Below are positions 13,878 to 28,900 of a stretch of 64,000 bases of DNA, one piece after another; within the stretch, counting starts at the first letter, position 1; each line of letters begins with the position of its first letter. This DNA comes from Octopus sinensis (Eukaryota). The stretch spans positions 7,564,001 to 7,628,000 of the forward strand of contig NC_043006.1 in the NCBI RefSeq assembly GCF_006345805.1, given 5' to 3'. Position numbers and translations under genes: made by a program. Under the pieces are notes generated by a model. That model saw only the letters and a list, made by a program, of their open reading frames with translations, made no database searches and was not told the DNA's origin.

Positions 13878-14190
13878 ATAGGGCGGGCTAGAGAGGACGA
13901 ACGTTTTTGAAAAATTCACAAAATCATTAATTTAAACTGCAAGCAAATTTTATTGGCATCAATGTGTTTGTATTGAAGTAGGATTTGTCAAAATCAAGTG
14001 TGGAAAACAACGTCCACCGTTTTTATTGATGCATTTCTGAAGGTGCTCCTCGAAGTTGACCACCACTCTCTCCGAACAGAGCGATCCGGACTCCGTATCA
14101 AAGCTTGTCTGACGTGTAATTGCTGTATCGTTGTCGTAGAAAAACACGCGATTCTCTATCGTCGACAGCTACATGGTTTCACCTGAAAAG
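13878..14190 (-). mobile_element. Internally deleted Tc1/mariner-superfamily element
   Basis: Minus-strand M*LSTIENRVFFYD (N-terminal HTH-like) is joined to ERVVVNFEEHLQKCINKNGG, a typical transposase C-terminus (RxxxNFxxRLxxCIxxxG). Confidence 0.55.
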
Positions 14191-14834
14191 AAAAATAAGT
14201 GATAAGACACCACTGACCGAATGGTACCTGTTGGACTATATCCCTCCCACTGGGGCTGAGTAATAGCCCTGTATTATAGAGAATATTCATGTCATCAATG
14301 TTGCAACTTTCAACCAATCTAGATAGATATATGAACATATCGACAAATAGAAGATATTTAAAAATAATTATATTAAGGTTATTTTCTTGCCATATATGAT
14401 TAAAATTTCCCTCTGCTAAACACATATTCTCTCTCTTTTTCTTCCTGCCTCTTACTTCATCAAACTTTCTAACTACGATATTATCATTTCTCTCTTTCTC
14501 CTCTCATTTCCACTCACCTCATGACAGCTAAACGCAGTGCTGACAATAAAGTCACTTCCCACTCTCCTTTCTCTATTTCTCTTATTCCCTCTCTCACTCT
14601 CATTTTCTCTCTCTTTCTCTCTCTTTGTCATACCTGAATCTCACTCACAGAACATCACCCTTCTACTAAAGATTCTATTTCTAACCCTCTTTTGCTATAT
14701 CACTCCCTTCAACTAGCTGTTTAACCACGTAATAATTGCAACTTACCCCTTAGCTGTTGTCTCACGCTCTTGGCCTTTCCCTTCAACTAAACACACGATA
14801 GCATAACGCATTTTCGCCTTGTGCATATATAATA

Positions 14835-14995
14835 ATCTTTTCTACTATAGGCACAACACGTCGATTACATCGACCTCAGTAATCAAATGGTACTTAATTT
14901 ATCGATCCCGAAAGGCAAAGTTGACCTCGGCGGAATTTGAACTCAGAACGTAGCGGCAGACGAAATGTCACTAAGCATTTTTCCCACCGTGCTAG
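14835..14995 (-). mobile_element. SINE family A
   Basis: ggtacttaatttatcgatcccgaaaggcaaagttgacctcggcggaatttgaactcagaacg. Confidence 0.85.
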
Positions 14996-15059
14996 ATGCA
15001 TTAGTAACCAATAATATAGTATTATCTTGGATATTCTTGTTTTCCTTAAAGTTGACGCT

Positions 15060-15240
15060 AACAGAAAATTTAGAACGTTAGAAAACTGCGACGTAAATTT
15101 TGTTCCGGATCTTTACGTGCAGATTTTAAATCCCAGCGTGGTGAACTTTACCTTTCAGCCCTTCAAGTTTGATAATATAAAGTACTCTGTCAGACAATGA
15201 GGTCGATGGCATCAACTAATGCTCGTCTTGTGCCGAAAAA
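15060..15240 (+). mobile_element. Old SINE family A copy
   Basis: Degenerate core gtgaactttacctttcagcc...gataatataaagtac. Confidence 0.5.
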
Positions 15241-15538
15241 ACAATAAAATATAGATCATCTTGTATCTGCAATATACGTCAACTTGTTTCTGCAGAACCA
15301 GCCAATATGCACAAAAAATGATTTCGCTGTAGTTTGATAAGTGGCGAATTAATTTTGTGAAGTGAGAATCGAATTTATTTGTGATTACTGCTCACGTGAT
15401 CAATCATATTTGAATGTGATATATAGCGTGGGTTTTTTGGTCGCTATTCGCTCAGTGTTTTTGGGGTGTTTTTTTAGTTCTTTTGTTTGTTTGTTTTTTT
15501 GCTTACCCACTTCACTATGTGAATGATGTGTCTTTCAG

Positions 15539-15694
15539 CTGACCTACAAAGAAAGATTCTGATCACAACTATTCAAGACATTGTGTACTCAACAAATGTG
15601 TTTAACGAAAACTACTGCATATTTATTAAACGAACTGACTACATCGGTGCAGTTTCCATTCCACTTCCACATATCGTTGGAACATTTTCAACTG
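15539..15694 (+). other. Candidate isolated internal exon (156 bp, phase-symmetric)
   Basis: Acceptor tgtctttcag and donor G|gtattt. The frame DLQRKILITTIQDIVYSTNVFNENYCIFIKRTDYIGAVSIPLPHIVGTFST is open. No recognisable homology. Confidence 0.2.
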
Positions 15695-16940
15695 GTATTT
15701 CTTTTATTCTGTTTTTCTTTTCCTTTTCTATCTACAGCATCCAGTTTGAAAGAATCTGAAAGGAATATCAGTGCCACTTCTCCTCCGGCTATAATCAAAT
15801 GCATATAATTTATTTTCTTTTACATTCCTTCTCTCCGCCTAGAAACCGTCAAGCCACACTTAATACTCAGTTGTATTTTGTATTTTTTATCTTTATCTTG
15901 TTTTCACATTTGTATTCAGCTGATTAAGTTTGTATTCTAGCTAAATCGTATTGGTATTGTAATTTATGCACATTCCATTCTAATTTATCTACCGATTCCT
16001 CTATCTTTACATTTTCCTTTCGTTGGATTTTACACATGCATTTTTTTTTCTGTTTATACAGATATTTATTTGCAAATTTATTTTGAATTTTATTCAATAT
16101 TAACCAAGCTAATAATGGATATAAAACTTGAGCAATGGCTAAAAGATTTGGAAGCGAGGAAAATGACAACCTTCAGTCAAGTCATAAACAAACTGGTTAA
16201 ACAATTTCGGAAAACGCCTGAAAAGATTTCGTGGCAAAAATAAAGACAAATAAATCTATAAATTCAAGAAACAAATTCAAAAAATTTAGTGGTAGAATGG
16301 GTTTTAATACTGATTAATCTGGAAGCTTATTAACCGCGAAAATGCATCTCCATAGCATTAATACCAGATAAGAAGACAGAAAATATGGAGTACATTATTA
16401 TGGACTTAATCAGAAACTTGATCATGCAGATTAGAAGTACACTGTCAGCTATAGTAAAACCAAGAGCTATTACGGCGGGTAACGTTCTAATTGGTTTGTA
16501 TAACAATTAAAATGCAAAGAGAGATCGGAAAACAAAATCTACATTGATGAAAACTTGCACACAAAATATGCCTACATATCATGAAATGTGAGTTACTGAG
16601 TATGAATAAACGGCAGGAATACTTGCATAAACATGAAGTCAATGTATTTTTATTTAATTAATATCGTTCTATGATACAAAGTATTCTTTATGTATTCATT
16701 CACTTACTTATAAGTATATGAACAAATAGATATACATGTGTGTGTGTGTATGTTTGTGGTGTGTATGTGCGAGTGTGTGTGTACGTTTATAGGAGAATAG
16801 ACAACAGGCAGTTTGGGGATCCGTTGTTGGCTGGATGGAGGCGGATGCGAACGCGAACACGAGCATGAGGGTGCCCCACGATTACAAGGACGAAGACGTG
16901 CATGTGCACGAGAGCGAGCAGGATCTATGGACGTGACTTC

Positions 16941-19900
16941 GAGAGACGTGAAGCCATCCGAACAGGCGACAGAAGCAGGCTTCATGCGAGAGACGTGAAG
17001 CCATCCGAACAGGCAAAAGAAGCAGACTTCATGCGGGAGACGTGAAGCCATCCAAACAGGCGACATAAGTAGACTTCATGCGAGAGACGTGAAGCCATCC
17101 GAACAGGCGACAGAAGCAGGCTTCATGCGAGAGACGTGAAGCCATCCGAACAGGCGACAGAAGCAGACTTCATGCGGGAGACGTGAAGCCATCCAAACAG
17201 GCGACAGAAGCAGGCTTCATGCGAGAGACGTGAAGCCATCCGAACAGGCGACAGAAGCAGACTTCATGCGGGAGACGTGAAGCCATCCAAACAGGCGACA
17301 TAAGTAGACTTCATGCGAGAGACGTGAAGCCATCCGAACAGGCGACAGAAGCAGACTTCATGCGGGAGACGTGAAGCCATCCAAACAGGCGACATAAGTA
17401 GACTTCATGCGAGAGACGTGAAGCCATCCGAACAGGCGACAGAAGCAGACTTCATGCGGGAGACGTGAAGCCATCCGAACAGGCGACAGAAGCAGACTTC
17501 CTGCGAGAGACGTGAAGCCATCCGAACAGGCGACAGAAGCAGACTTCATGCGAGAGACGTGAAGCCATTCGAACAGGCGACAGAAACAGACTTCATGCGA
17601 GAGACGTGAAGCCATTCGAACAGGCGACAGAAGCAGACTTCATGCGAGAGACGTGAAGCCATTCGAACAGGCGACAGAAGCAGACTTCATGCGAGAGACG
17701 TGAAGCCATCCGAACAGGCGACAGAAGCAGACTTCATGCGAGAGACGTGAAGCCATCCGAACAGGCGACAGAAGCAGACTTCATGCGAGAGACGTGAAGC
17801 CATCCGAACAGGCGACAGAAGCAGACTTCATGCGAGAGACGTGAAGCCATCCGAACAGGCGACAGAAGCAGACTTCATGCGAGAGACGTGAAGCCATCCG
17901 AACAGGCGAGATAAGTAGACTTCATGCGAGGGACGTGAAGCCATCCGAACAGGCGACAGAAGCAGACTTCATGCGAGACGTGAAGCCATCCGAACAGGCG
18001 ACAGAAGCAGACTTCCTGCGAGAGACGTGAAGCCATCCGAACAGGCGACAGAAACAGACTTCATGCGGAGACGTGAAGCCATCCGAACAGGCGACAGAAG
18101 CAGACTTCCTGCGAGAGATGTGAAGCCATCCGAACAGGCGACATAAGTAGACTTCATGCGAGACGTGAAGCCATCCGAACAGGCGACAGAAGCAGACTTC
18201 ATGCGAGAGACGTGAAGCCATCCGAACAGGCGACAGAACAGACTTCATGCGAGAGACGTGAAGCCATCCGAACAGGCGACAGAAGCAGACTTCATGCGAG
18301 AGACGTGAAGCCATCCGAACAGGCGACAGAAGCAGACTTCATGCGAGAGACGTGAAGCCATCCGAACAGGCGACAGAAGCAGACTTCATGCGAGAGACGT
18401 GAAGCCATCCGAACAGGCGACAGAAGCAGACTTCATGCGAGAGACGTGAAGCCATCCGAACAGGCGACAGAAGTAGACTTCATGCGAGACGTGAAGCCAT
18501 CCGAACAGGCGACAGAAGCAGACTTCATGCGAGAGACGTGAAGCCATCCGAACAGGCGACAGAAGCAGACTTCATGCGAGAGACGTGAAGCCATCCGAAC
18601 AGGCGACAGAAGCAGACTTCATGCGAGAGACGTGAAGCCATTCGAACAGGCGACATAAGTAGACTTCATGCGAGAGACGTGAAGCCATCCGAACAGGCGA
18701 CAGAAGCAGACTTCATGCGGAGACGTGAAGCCATCCGAACAGGCGACAGAAGTAGACTTCATGCGAGAGACGTGAAGCCATCCGAACAGGCGACAGAAGC
18801 AGACTTCATGCGAGAGACGTGAAGCCATCCGAACAGGCGACAGAAGCAGACTTCATGCGAGAGACGTGAAGCCATCCGAACAGGCGACAGAAGCAGACTT
18901 CATGCGAGAGACGTGAAGCCATCCGAACAGGCGACAGAAGCAGACTTCATGCGAGAGACGTGAAGCCATCCGAACAGGCGACAGAAACAGACTTCATGCG
19001 AGAGACGTGAAGCCATCCGAACAGGCGACAGAAGCAGACTTCATGCGAGAGACGTGAAGCCATCCGAACAGGCGACAGAAGCAGACTTCATGCGAGAGAC
19101 GTGAAGCCATCCGAACAGGCGACAGAAGCAGACTTCATGCGAGAGACGTGAAGCCATCCGAACAGGCGACAGAAGCAGACTTCATGCGAGAGACGTGAAG
19201 CCATCCGAACCGAACAGGCGACAGAAGCAGACTTCATGCGAGAGACGTGAAGCCATCCGAACAGGCGACAGAACAGACTTCATGCGAGAGACGTGAAGCC
19301 ATCCGAACAGGACAGAAGCAGACTTCATGCGAGAGACGTGAAGCCATCCGAACAGGCGACAGAAGCAGACTTCATGCGAGAGACGTGAAGCCATCCGAAC
19401 AGGCGACAGAAGCAGACTTCATGCGAGAGACGTGAAGCCATCCGAACAGGCGACAGAAGCAGGCTTCATGCGAGAGACGTGAAGCCATCCGAACAGGCGA
19501 CAGAAGCAGACTTCATGCGAGAGACGTGAAACCATCCGAACAGGCGACAGAAGCAGACTTCATGCGAGAGACGTGAAGCCATCCGAACAGGCGACAGAAA
19601 CAGACTTCATGCGAGAGACGTGAAGCCATCCGACAGGCGACAGAAGCAGACTTCATGCGAGAGACGTGAAGACATCCGAACAGGCGACAGAAGCAGACTT
19701 CATGCGAGAGACGTGAAGCCATCCGAACAGGCGACAGAAGCAGACTTCATGCGAGAGACGTGAAGCCATCCGAACAGGCGACAGAAGCAGGCTTCATGCG
19801 AGAGACGTGAAGCCATCCGAACAGGCGACAGAAGCAGACTTCATGCGAGAGACGTGAAGCCATCCGAACAGGCGACAGAAGCAGACTTCATGCGAGAGAC

Positions 19901-22900
19901 GTGAAGCCATCCGAACAGGCGACAGAAACAGAAACAGACTTCATGCGAGAGACGTGAAGCCATCCGAACAGGCGACAGAAGCAGACTTCATGCGAGAGAC
20001 GTGAAGCCATCCGAACAGGCGACAGAAGCAGACTTCATGCGAGAGACGTGAAGCCATCCGAACAGGCGACAGAAACAGACTTCATGCGAGAGACGTGAAG
20101 CCATCCGAACAGGCGACAGAAGCAGACTTCATGCGAGAGACGTGAAGCCATCCGAACAGGCGAGCGACATAAGTAGACTTCATGCGAGAGACGTGAAGCC
20201 ATCCGAACAGGCGACAGAAGCAGACTTCATGCGAGAGACGTGAAGCCATCCGAACAGGCAACAGAAGCAGACTTCATGCGAGAGACGTGAAGCCATCCGA
20301 ACAGGCGACAGAAGCAGACTTCATGCGAGACGTGAAGCCATCCGAACAGGCGACAGAAGCAGACTTCATGCGAGAGACGTGAAGCCATCCGAACAGGCGA
20401 CAGAAGTAGACTTCATGCGAGAGACGTGAAGCCATCTGAACAGGCGACAGAAGCAGACTTCATGCGAGAGACGTGAAGCCATCCGAACAGGCGACAGAAG
20501 CAGACTTCATGCGAGAGACGTGAAGCCATCCGAACAGGCGACAGAAGCAGACTTCATGCGAGAGACGTGAAGCCATTCGAACAGGCGACATAAGTAGACT
20601 TCATGCGAGAGACGTGAAGCCATCCGAACAGGCGACAGAAGCAGACTTCATGCGGGAGACGTGAAGCCATCCGAACAGGCGACAGAAGTAGACTTCATGC
20701 GAGAGACGTGAAGCCATCCGAACAGGCGACAGAAGCAGACTTCATGCGAGAGACGTGAAGCCATCCGAACAGGCGACAGAAGCAGACTTCATGCGAGAGA
20801 CGTGAAGCCATCCGAACAGGCGACAGAAGCAGACTTCATGCGAGAGACGTGAAGCCATCCGAACAGGCGACAGAAACAGACTTCATGCGAGAGACGTGTA
20901 GCCATCCGAACAGGCGACAGAAGCAGACTTCATGCGAGAGACGTGAAGCCATCCGAACAGGCGACAGAAGCAGACTTCATGCGAGAGACGTGAAGCCATC
21001 CGAACAGGCGACAGAAGCAGACTTCATGCGAGAGACGTGAAGCCATCCGAACAGTCGACAGAAGCAGACTTCATGCGAGAGACGTGAAGCCATCCGAACA
21101 GGCGACAGAAGCAGACTTCAAGCGAGAGACGTGAAGCCATCCGAACAGGCGACAGAAACAGACTTCATGCGAGAGACGTGAAGCCATCCGAACAGGCGAC
21201 AGAAGCAGACTTCATGCGAGAGACGTGAAGCCATCCGAACAGGCGACAGAAGCAGACTTCATGCGAGAGACGTGAAGCCATCCGAACAGGCGACAGAAGC
21301 AGACTTCATGCGAGAGACGTGAAGCCATCCGAACAGGCGACAGAAGCAGACTTCATGCGAGAGACGTGAAGCCATCCGAACAGGCGACAGAAGCAGGCTT
21401 CATGCGAGAGACGTGAAGCCATCCGAACAGGCGACAGAAGCAGACTTCATGCGAGAGACGTGAAGCCATCCGAACAGGCGACAGAAGCAGACTTCATGCG
21501 AGAGACGTGAAGCCATCCGAACAGGCGACAGAAACAGACTTCATGCGAGAGACGTGAAGCCATCCGAACAGGCGACAGAAGCAGACTTCATGCGAGAGAC
21601 GTGAAGACATCCGAACAGGCGACAGAAGCAGACTTCATGCGAGAGACGTGAAGCCATCCGAACAGGCGACAGAAGCAGACTTCATGCGAGAGACGTGAAG
21701 CCATCCGAACAGGCGACAGAAGCAGGCTTCATGCGAGAGACGTGAAGCCATCCGAACAGGCGACAGAAGCAGACTTCATGCGAGAGACGTGAAGCCATCC
21801 GAACAGGCGACAGAAGCAGACTTCATGCGAGAGACGTGAAGCCATCCGAACAGGCGACAGAAACAGACTTCATGCGAGAGACGTGAAGCCATCCGAACAG
21901 GCGACAGAAGCAGACTTCATGCGAGAGACGTGAAGCCATCCGAACAGCGACAGAAGCGACAGAAGCAGACTTCATGCGAGAGACGTGAAGCCATCCGAAC
22001 AGGCGACAGAACAGACTTCATGCGAGAGACGTGAAGCCATCCGAACAGGCGACAGAAGCAGACTTCATGCGAGAGACGTGAAGCCATCCGAACAGGCGAC
22101 ATAAGTAGACTTCATGCGAGAGACGTGAAGCCATCCGAACAGGCGACAGAAGCAGACTTCATGCGAGAGACGTGAAGCCATCCGAACAGGCAACAGAAGC
22201 AGACTTCATGCGAGAGACGTGAAGCCATCCGAACAGGCGACAGAAGCAGACTTCATGCGAGAGACGTGAAGCCATCCGAACAGGCGACAGAAGCAGACTT
22301 CATGCGAGAGACGTGAAGCCATCCGAACAGGCGACAGAAGTAGACTTCATGCGAGAGAGACGTGAAGCCATCTGAACAGGCGACAGAAGCAGACTTCATG
22401 CGAGAGACGTGAAGCCATCCGAACAGGCGACAGAAGCAGACTTCATGCGAGAGACGTGAAGCCATCCGAACAGGCGACAGAAGCAGACTTCATGCGAGAG
22501 ACGTGAAGCCATTCGAACAGGCGACATAAGTAGACTTCATGCGAGAGACGTGAAGCCATCCGAACAGGCGACAGAAGCAGACTTCATGCGGGAGACGTGA
22601 AGCCATCCGAACAGGCGACAGAAGTAGACTTCATGCGAGAGACGTGAAGCCATCCGAACAGGCGACAGAAGCAGACTTCATGCGAGAGACGTGAAGCCAT
22701 CCGAACAGGCGACAGAAGCAGACTTCATGCGAGAGACGTGAAGCCATCCGAACAGGCGACAGAAGCAGACTTCATGCGAGAGACGTGAAGCCATCCGAAC
22801 AGGCGACAGAAACAGACTTCATGCGAGAGACGTGAAGCCATCCGAACAGGCGACAGAAGCAGACTTCATGCGAGAGACGTGAAGCCATCCGAACAGGCGA

Positions 22901-25900
22901 CAGAAGCAGACTTCATGCGAGAGACGTGAAGCCATCCGAACAGGCGACATAAGTAGACTTCATGCGAGGGACGTGAAGCCATCCGAACAGGCGACAGAAG
23001 CAGACTTCATGCGAGAGACGTGAAGCCATCCGAACAGGCGACAGAAGCAGACTTCCTGCGAGAGACGTGAAGCCATCCGAACAGGCGACAGAAACAGACT
23101 TCATGCGGAGACGTGAAGCCATCCGAACAGGCGACAGAAGCAGACTTCCTGCGAGAGATGTGAAGCCATGAACAGGCGACATAAGTAGACTTCATGCGAG
23201 AGACGTGAAGCCATCCGAACAGGCGACAGAAGCAGACTTCATGCGAGAGACGTGAAGCCATCCGAACAGGCGACAGAACAGACTTCATGCGAGAGACGTG
23301 AAGCCATCCGAACAGGCGACAGAAGCAGACTTCATGCGAGAGACGTGAAGCCATCCGAACAGGCGACATAAGTAGACTTCATGCGAGAGACGTGAAGCCA
23401 TCCGAACAGGCGACAGAAGCAGACTTCATGCGAGAGACGTGAAGCCATCCGAACAGGCGACAGAAGCAGACTTCATGCGAGAGACGTGAAGCCATCCGAA
23501 CAGGCGACAGAAGCAGACTTCATGCGAGAGACGTGAAGCCATCCGAACAGGCGACAGAAGCAGACTTCATGCGAGAGACGTGAAGCCATCCGAACAGGCG
23601 ACAGAAGTAGACTTCATGCGAGAGACGTGAAGCCATCCGAACAGGCGACAGAAGCAGACTTCATGCGAGAGACGTGAAGCCATCCGAACAGGCGACAGAA
23701 GCAGACTTCATGCGAGAGACGTGAAGCCATCCGAACAGGCGACAGAAGCAGACTTCAAGCGAGAGACGTGAAGCCATTCGAACAGGCGACATAAGTAGAC
23801 TTCATGCGAGAGACGTGAAGCCATCCGAACAGGCGACAGAAGCAGACTTCATGCGGGAGACGTGAAGCCATCCAAACAGGCGACAGAAGCAGACTTCATG
23901 CGAGAGACGTGAAGCCATTCGAACAGGCGACAGAAACAGACTTCATGCGAGAGACGTGAAGCCATTCGAACAGGCGACAGAAGCAGACTTCATGCGAGAG
24001 ACGTGAAGCCATTCGAACAGGCGACAGAAGCAGACTTCATGCGAGAGACGTGAAGCCATCCGAACAGGCGACAGAAGCAGACTTCATGCGAGAGACGTGA
24101 AGCCATTCGAACAGGCGACAGAAGCAGACTTCATGCGAGAGACGTGAAGCCATTCGAACAGGCGACAGAAGCAGACTTCATGCGAGAGACGTGAAGCCAT
24201 CCGAACAGGCGACAGAAGCAGACTTCATGCGAGAGACGTGAAGCCATCCGAACAGGCGACAGAAGCAGACTTCATGCGAGAGACGTGAAGCCATCCGAAC
24301 AGGCGTCAGAAGCAGACTTCATGCGAGAGACGTGAAGCCATCCGAACAGGCGACAGAAGCAGACTTCATGCGAGAGACGTGAAGCCATCCGAACAGGCGA
24401 CATAAGTAGACTTCATGCGAGGGACGTGAAGCCATCCGAACAGGCGACAGAAGCAGACTTCATGCGAGAGACGTGAAGCCATCCGAACAGGCGACAGAAG
24501 CAGACTTCCTGCGAGAGACGTGAAGCCATCCGAACAGGCGACAGAAACAGACTTCATGCGGGAGACGTGAAGCCATCCGAACAGGCGACAGAAGCAGACT
24601 TCCTGCGAGAGATGTGAAGCCATCCGAACAGGCGACATAAGTAGACTTCATGCGAGAGACGTGAAGCCATCCGAACAGGCGACAGAAGCAGACTTCATGC
24701 GAGAGACGTGAAGCCATCCGAACAGGCGACAGAAACAGACTTCATGCGAGAGACGTGAAGCCATCCGAACAGGCGACAGAAGCAGACTTCATGCGAGAGA
24801 CGTGAAGCCATCCGAACAGGCGACATAAGTAGACTTCATGCGAGAGACGTGAAGCCATCCGAACAGGCGACAGAAGCAGACTTCATGCGAGAGACGTGAA
24901 GCCATCCGAACAGGCGACATAAGCAGACTTCATGCGAGAGACGTGAAGCCATCCGAACAGGCGACAGAAGCAGACTTCATGCGAGAGACGTGAAGCCATC
25001 CGAACAGGCGACAGAAGCAGACTTCATGCGAGAGACGTGAAGCCATCCGAACAGGCGACAGAAGTAGACTTCATGCGAGAGACGTGAAGCCATCCGAACA
25101 GGCGACAGAAGCAGACTTCATGCGAGAGACGTGAAGCCATCCGAACAGGCGACAGAAGCAGACTTCATGCGAGAGACGTGAAGCCATCCGAACAGGCGAC
25201 AGAAGCAGACTTCAAGCGAGAGACGTGAAGCCATTCGAACAGGCGACATAAGTAGACTTCATGCGAGAGACGTGAAGCCATCCGAACAGGCGACAGAAGC
25301 AGACTTCATGCGGGAGACGTGAAGCCATCCGAACAGGCGACAGAAGTAGACTTCATGCGAGAGACGTGAAGCCATCCGAACAGGCGACAGAAGCAGACTT
25401 CATGCGAGAGACGTGAAGCCATCCGAACAGGCGACAGAAGCAGACTTCATGCGAGAGACGTGAAGCCATCCGAACAGGCGACAGAAGCAGACTTCATGCG
25501 AGAGACGTGAAGCCATCCGAACAGGCGACAGAAGCAGACTTCATGCGAGAGACGTGAAGCCATCCGAACAGGCGACAGAAACAGACTTCATGCGAGAGAC
25601 GTGAAGCCATCCGAACAGCGCAGACAGAAGCAGACTTCATGCGAGAGACGTGAAGCCATCCGAACAGGCGACAGAAGCAGACTTCATGCGAGAGACGTGA
25701 AGCCATCCGAACAGGCGACAGAAGCAGACTTCATGCGAGAGACGTGAAGCCATCCGAACAGGCGACAGAAGCAGACTTCATGCGAGAGACGTGAAGCCAT
25801 CCGAACAGGCGACAGAAGCAGACTTCATGCGAGAGACGTGAAGCCATCCGAACAGGCGACAGAAACAGACTTCATGCGAGAGACGTGAAGCCATCCGAAC

Positions 25901-28900
25901 AGGCGACAGAAGCAGACTTCATGCGAGAGACGTGAAGCCATCCGAACAGGCGACAGAAGCAGACTTCATGCGAGAGACGTGAAGCCATCCGCAGGCGACA
26001 GAAGCAGACTTCATGCGAGAGACGTGAAGCCATCCGAACAGGCGACAGAAGCAGGCTTCATGCGAGAGACGTGAAGCCATCCGAACAGGCGACAGAAGCA
26101 GACTTCATGCGAGAGACGTGAAGCCATCCGAACAGGCGACAGAAGCAGACTTCATGCGAGAGACGTGAAGCCATCCGAACAGGCGACAGAAACAGACTTC
26201 ATGCGAGAGACGTGAAGCCATCCGAACAGGCGACAGAAGCAGACTTCATGCGAGAGACGTGAAGACATCCGAACAGGCGACAGAAGCAGACTTCATGCGA
26301 GAGACGTGAAGCCATCCGAACAGGCGACAGAAGCAGACTTCATGCGAGAGACGTGAAGCCATCCGAACAGGCGACAGAAGCAGGCTTCATGCGAGAGACG
26401 TGAAGCCATCCGAACAGGCGACAGAAGCAGACTTCATGCGAGAGACGTGAAGCCATCCGAACAGGCGACAGAAGCAGACTTCATGCGAGAGACGTGAAGC
26501 CATCCGAACAGGCGACAGAAACAGACTTCATGCGAGAGACGTGAAGCCATCCGAACAGGCGACAGAAGCAGACTTCATGCGAGAGACGTGAAGCCATCCG
26601 AACAGGCGACAGAAGCAGACTTCATGCGAGAGACGTGAAGCCATCCGAACAGGCGACAGAAACAGACTTCATGCGAGAGACGTGAAGCCATCCGAACAGG
26701 CGACAGAAGCAGACTTCATGCGAGAGACGTGAAGCCATCCGAACAGGCGACATAAGTAGACTTCATGCGAGAGACGTGAAGCCATCCGAACAGGCGACAG
26801 AAGCAGACTTCATGCGAGAGACGTGAAGCCATCCGAACAGGCAACAGAAGCAGACTTCATGCGAGAGACGTGAAGCCATCCGAACAGGCGACAGAAGCAG
26901 ACTTCATGCGAGAGACGTGAAGCCATCCGAACAGGCGACAGAAGCAGACTTCATGCGAGAGACGTGAAGCCATCCGAACAGGCGACAGAAGTAGACTTCA
27001 TGCGAGAGACGTGAAGCCATCTGAACAGGCGACAGAAGCAGACTTCATGCGAGAACGTGAAGCCATCCGAACAGGCGACAGAAGCAGACTTCATGCGAGA
27101 GACGTGAAGCCATCCGAACAGGCGACAGAAGCAGACTTCATGCGAGAGACGTGAAGCCATTCGAACAGGCGACATAAGTAGACTTCATGCGAGCGAGAGA
27201 CGTGAAGCCATCCGAACAGGCGACAGAAGCAGACTTCATGCGGGAGACGTGAAGCCATCCGAACAGGCGACAGAAGTAGACTTCATGCGAGAGACGTGAA
27301 GCCATCCGAACAGGCGACAGAAGCAGACTTCATGCGAGAGACGTGAAGCCATCCGAACAGGCGACAGAAGCAGACTTCATGCGAGAGACGTGAAGCCATC
27401 CGAACAGGCGACAGAAGCAGACTTCATGCGAGAGACGTGAAGCCATCCGAACAGGCGACAGAAACAGACTTCATGCGAGAGACGTGTAGCCATCCGAACA
27501 GGCGACAGAAGCAGACTTCATGCGAGAGACGTGAAGCCATCCGAACAGGCGACAGAAGCAGACTTCATGCGAGAGACGTGAAGCCATCCGAACAGGCGAC
27601 AGAAGCAGACTTCATGCGAGAGACGTGAAGCCATCCGAACAGTCGACAGAAGCAGACTTCATGCGAGAGACGTGAAGCCATCCGAACAGGCGACAGAAGC
27701 AGACTTCAAGCGAGAGACGTGAAGCCATCCGAACAGGCGACAGAAACAGACTTCATGCGAGAGACGTGAAGCCATCCGAACAGGCGACAGAAGCAGACTT
27801 CATGCGAGAGACGTGAAGCCATCCGAACAGGCGACAGAAGCAGACTTCATGCGAGAGACGTGAAGCCATCCGAACAGGCGACAGAAGCAGACTTCATGCG
27901 AGAGACGTGAAGCCATCCGAACAGGCGACAGAAGCAGACTTCATGCGAGAGACGTGAAGCCATCCGAACAGGCGACAGAAGCAGGCTTCATGCGAGAGAC
28001 GTGAAGCCATCCGAACAGGCGACAGAAGCAGACTTCATGCGAGAGACGTGAAGCCATCCGAACAGGCGACAGAAGCAGACTTCATGCGAGAGACGTGAAG
28101 CCATCCGAACAGGCGACAGAAACAGACTTCATGCGAGAGACGTGAAGCCATCCGAACAGGCGACAGAAGCAGACTTCATGCGAGAGACGTGAAGACATCC
28201 GAACAGGCGACAGAAGCAGACTTCATGCGAGAGACGTGAAGCCATCCGAACAGGCGACAGAAGCAGACTTCATGCGAGAGACGTGAAGCCATCCGAACAG
28301 GCGACAGAAGCAGCTTCATGCGAGAGACGTGAAGCCATCCGAACAGGCGACAGAAGCAGACTTCATGCGAGAGACGTGAAGCCATCCGAACAGGCGACAG
28401 AAGCAGACTTCATGCGAGAGACGTGAAGCCATCCGAACAGGCGACAGAAACAGACTTCATGCGAGAGACGTGAAGCCATCCGAACAGGCGACAGAAGCAG
28501 ACTTCATGCGAGAGACGTGAAGCCATCCGAACAGGCGACAGAAGCAGACTTCATGCGAGAGACGTGAAGCCATCCGAACAGGCGACAGAACAGACTTCAT
28601 GCGAGAGACGTGAAGCCATCCGAACAGGCGACAGAAGCAGACTTCATGCGAGAGACGTGAAGCCATCCGAACAGGCGACATAAGTAGACTTCATGCGAGA
28701 GACGTGAAGCCATCCGAACAGGCGACAGAAGCAGACTTCATGCGAGAGACGTGAAGCCATCCGAACAGGCAACAGAAGCAGACTTCATGCGAGAGACGTG
28801 AAGCCATCCGAACAGGCGACAGAAGCAGACTTCATGCGAGAGACGTGAAGCCATCCGAACAGGCGACAGAAGCAGACTTCATGCGAGAGACGTGAAGCCA

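Noticed and set aside
16941-16987. Ribozyme-containing satellite (newt satellite-2 type)
   Set aside because: Neither strand of the monomer has CUGAnGA or GAAA core motifs.
19200-27200. Small indels in the array as biological variants
   Set aside because: Many 1-7 bp indels (near 19210, 19930, 21950, 25620, 25990, 27190) are not shared by the corresponding higher-order copy and may be long-read consensus errors.
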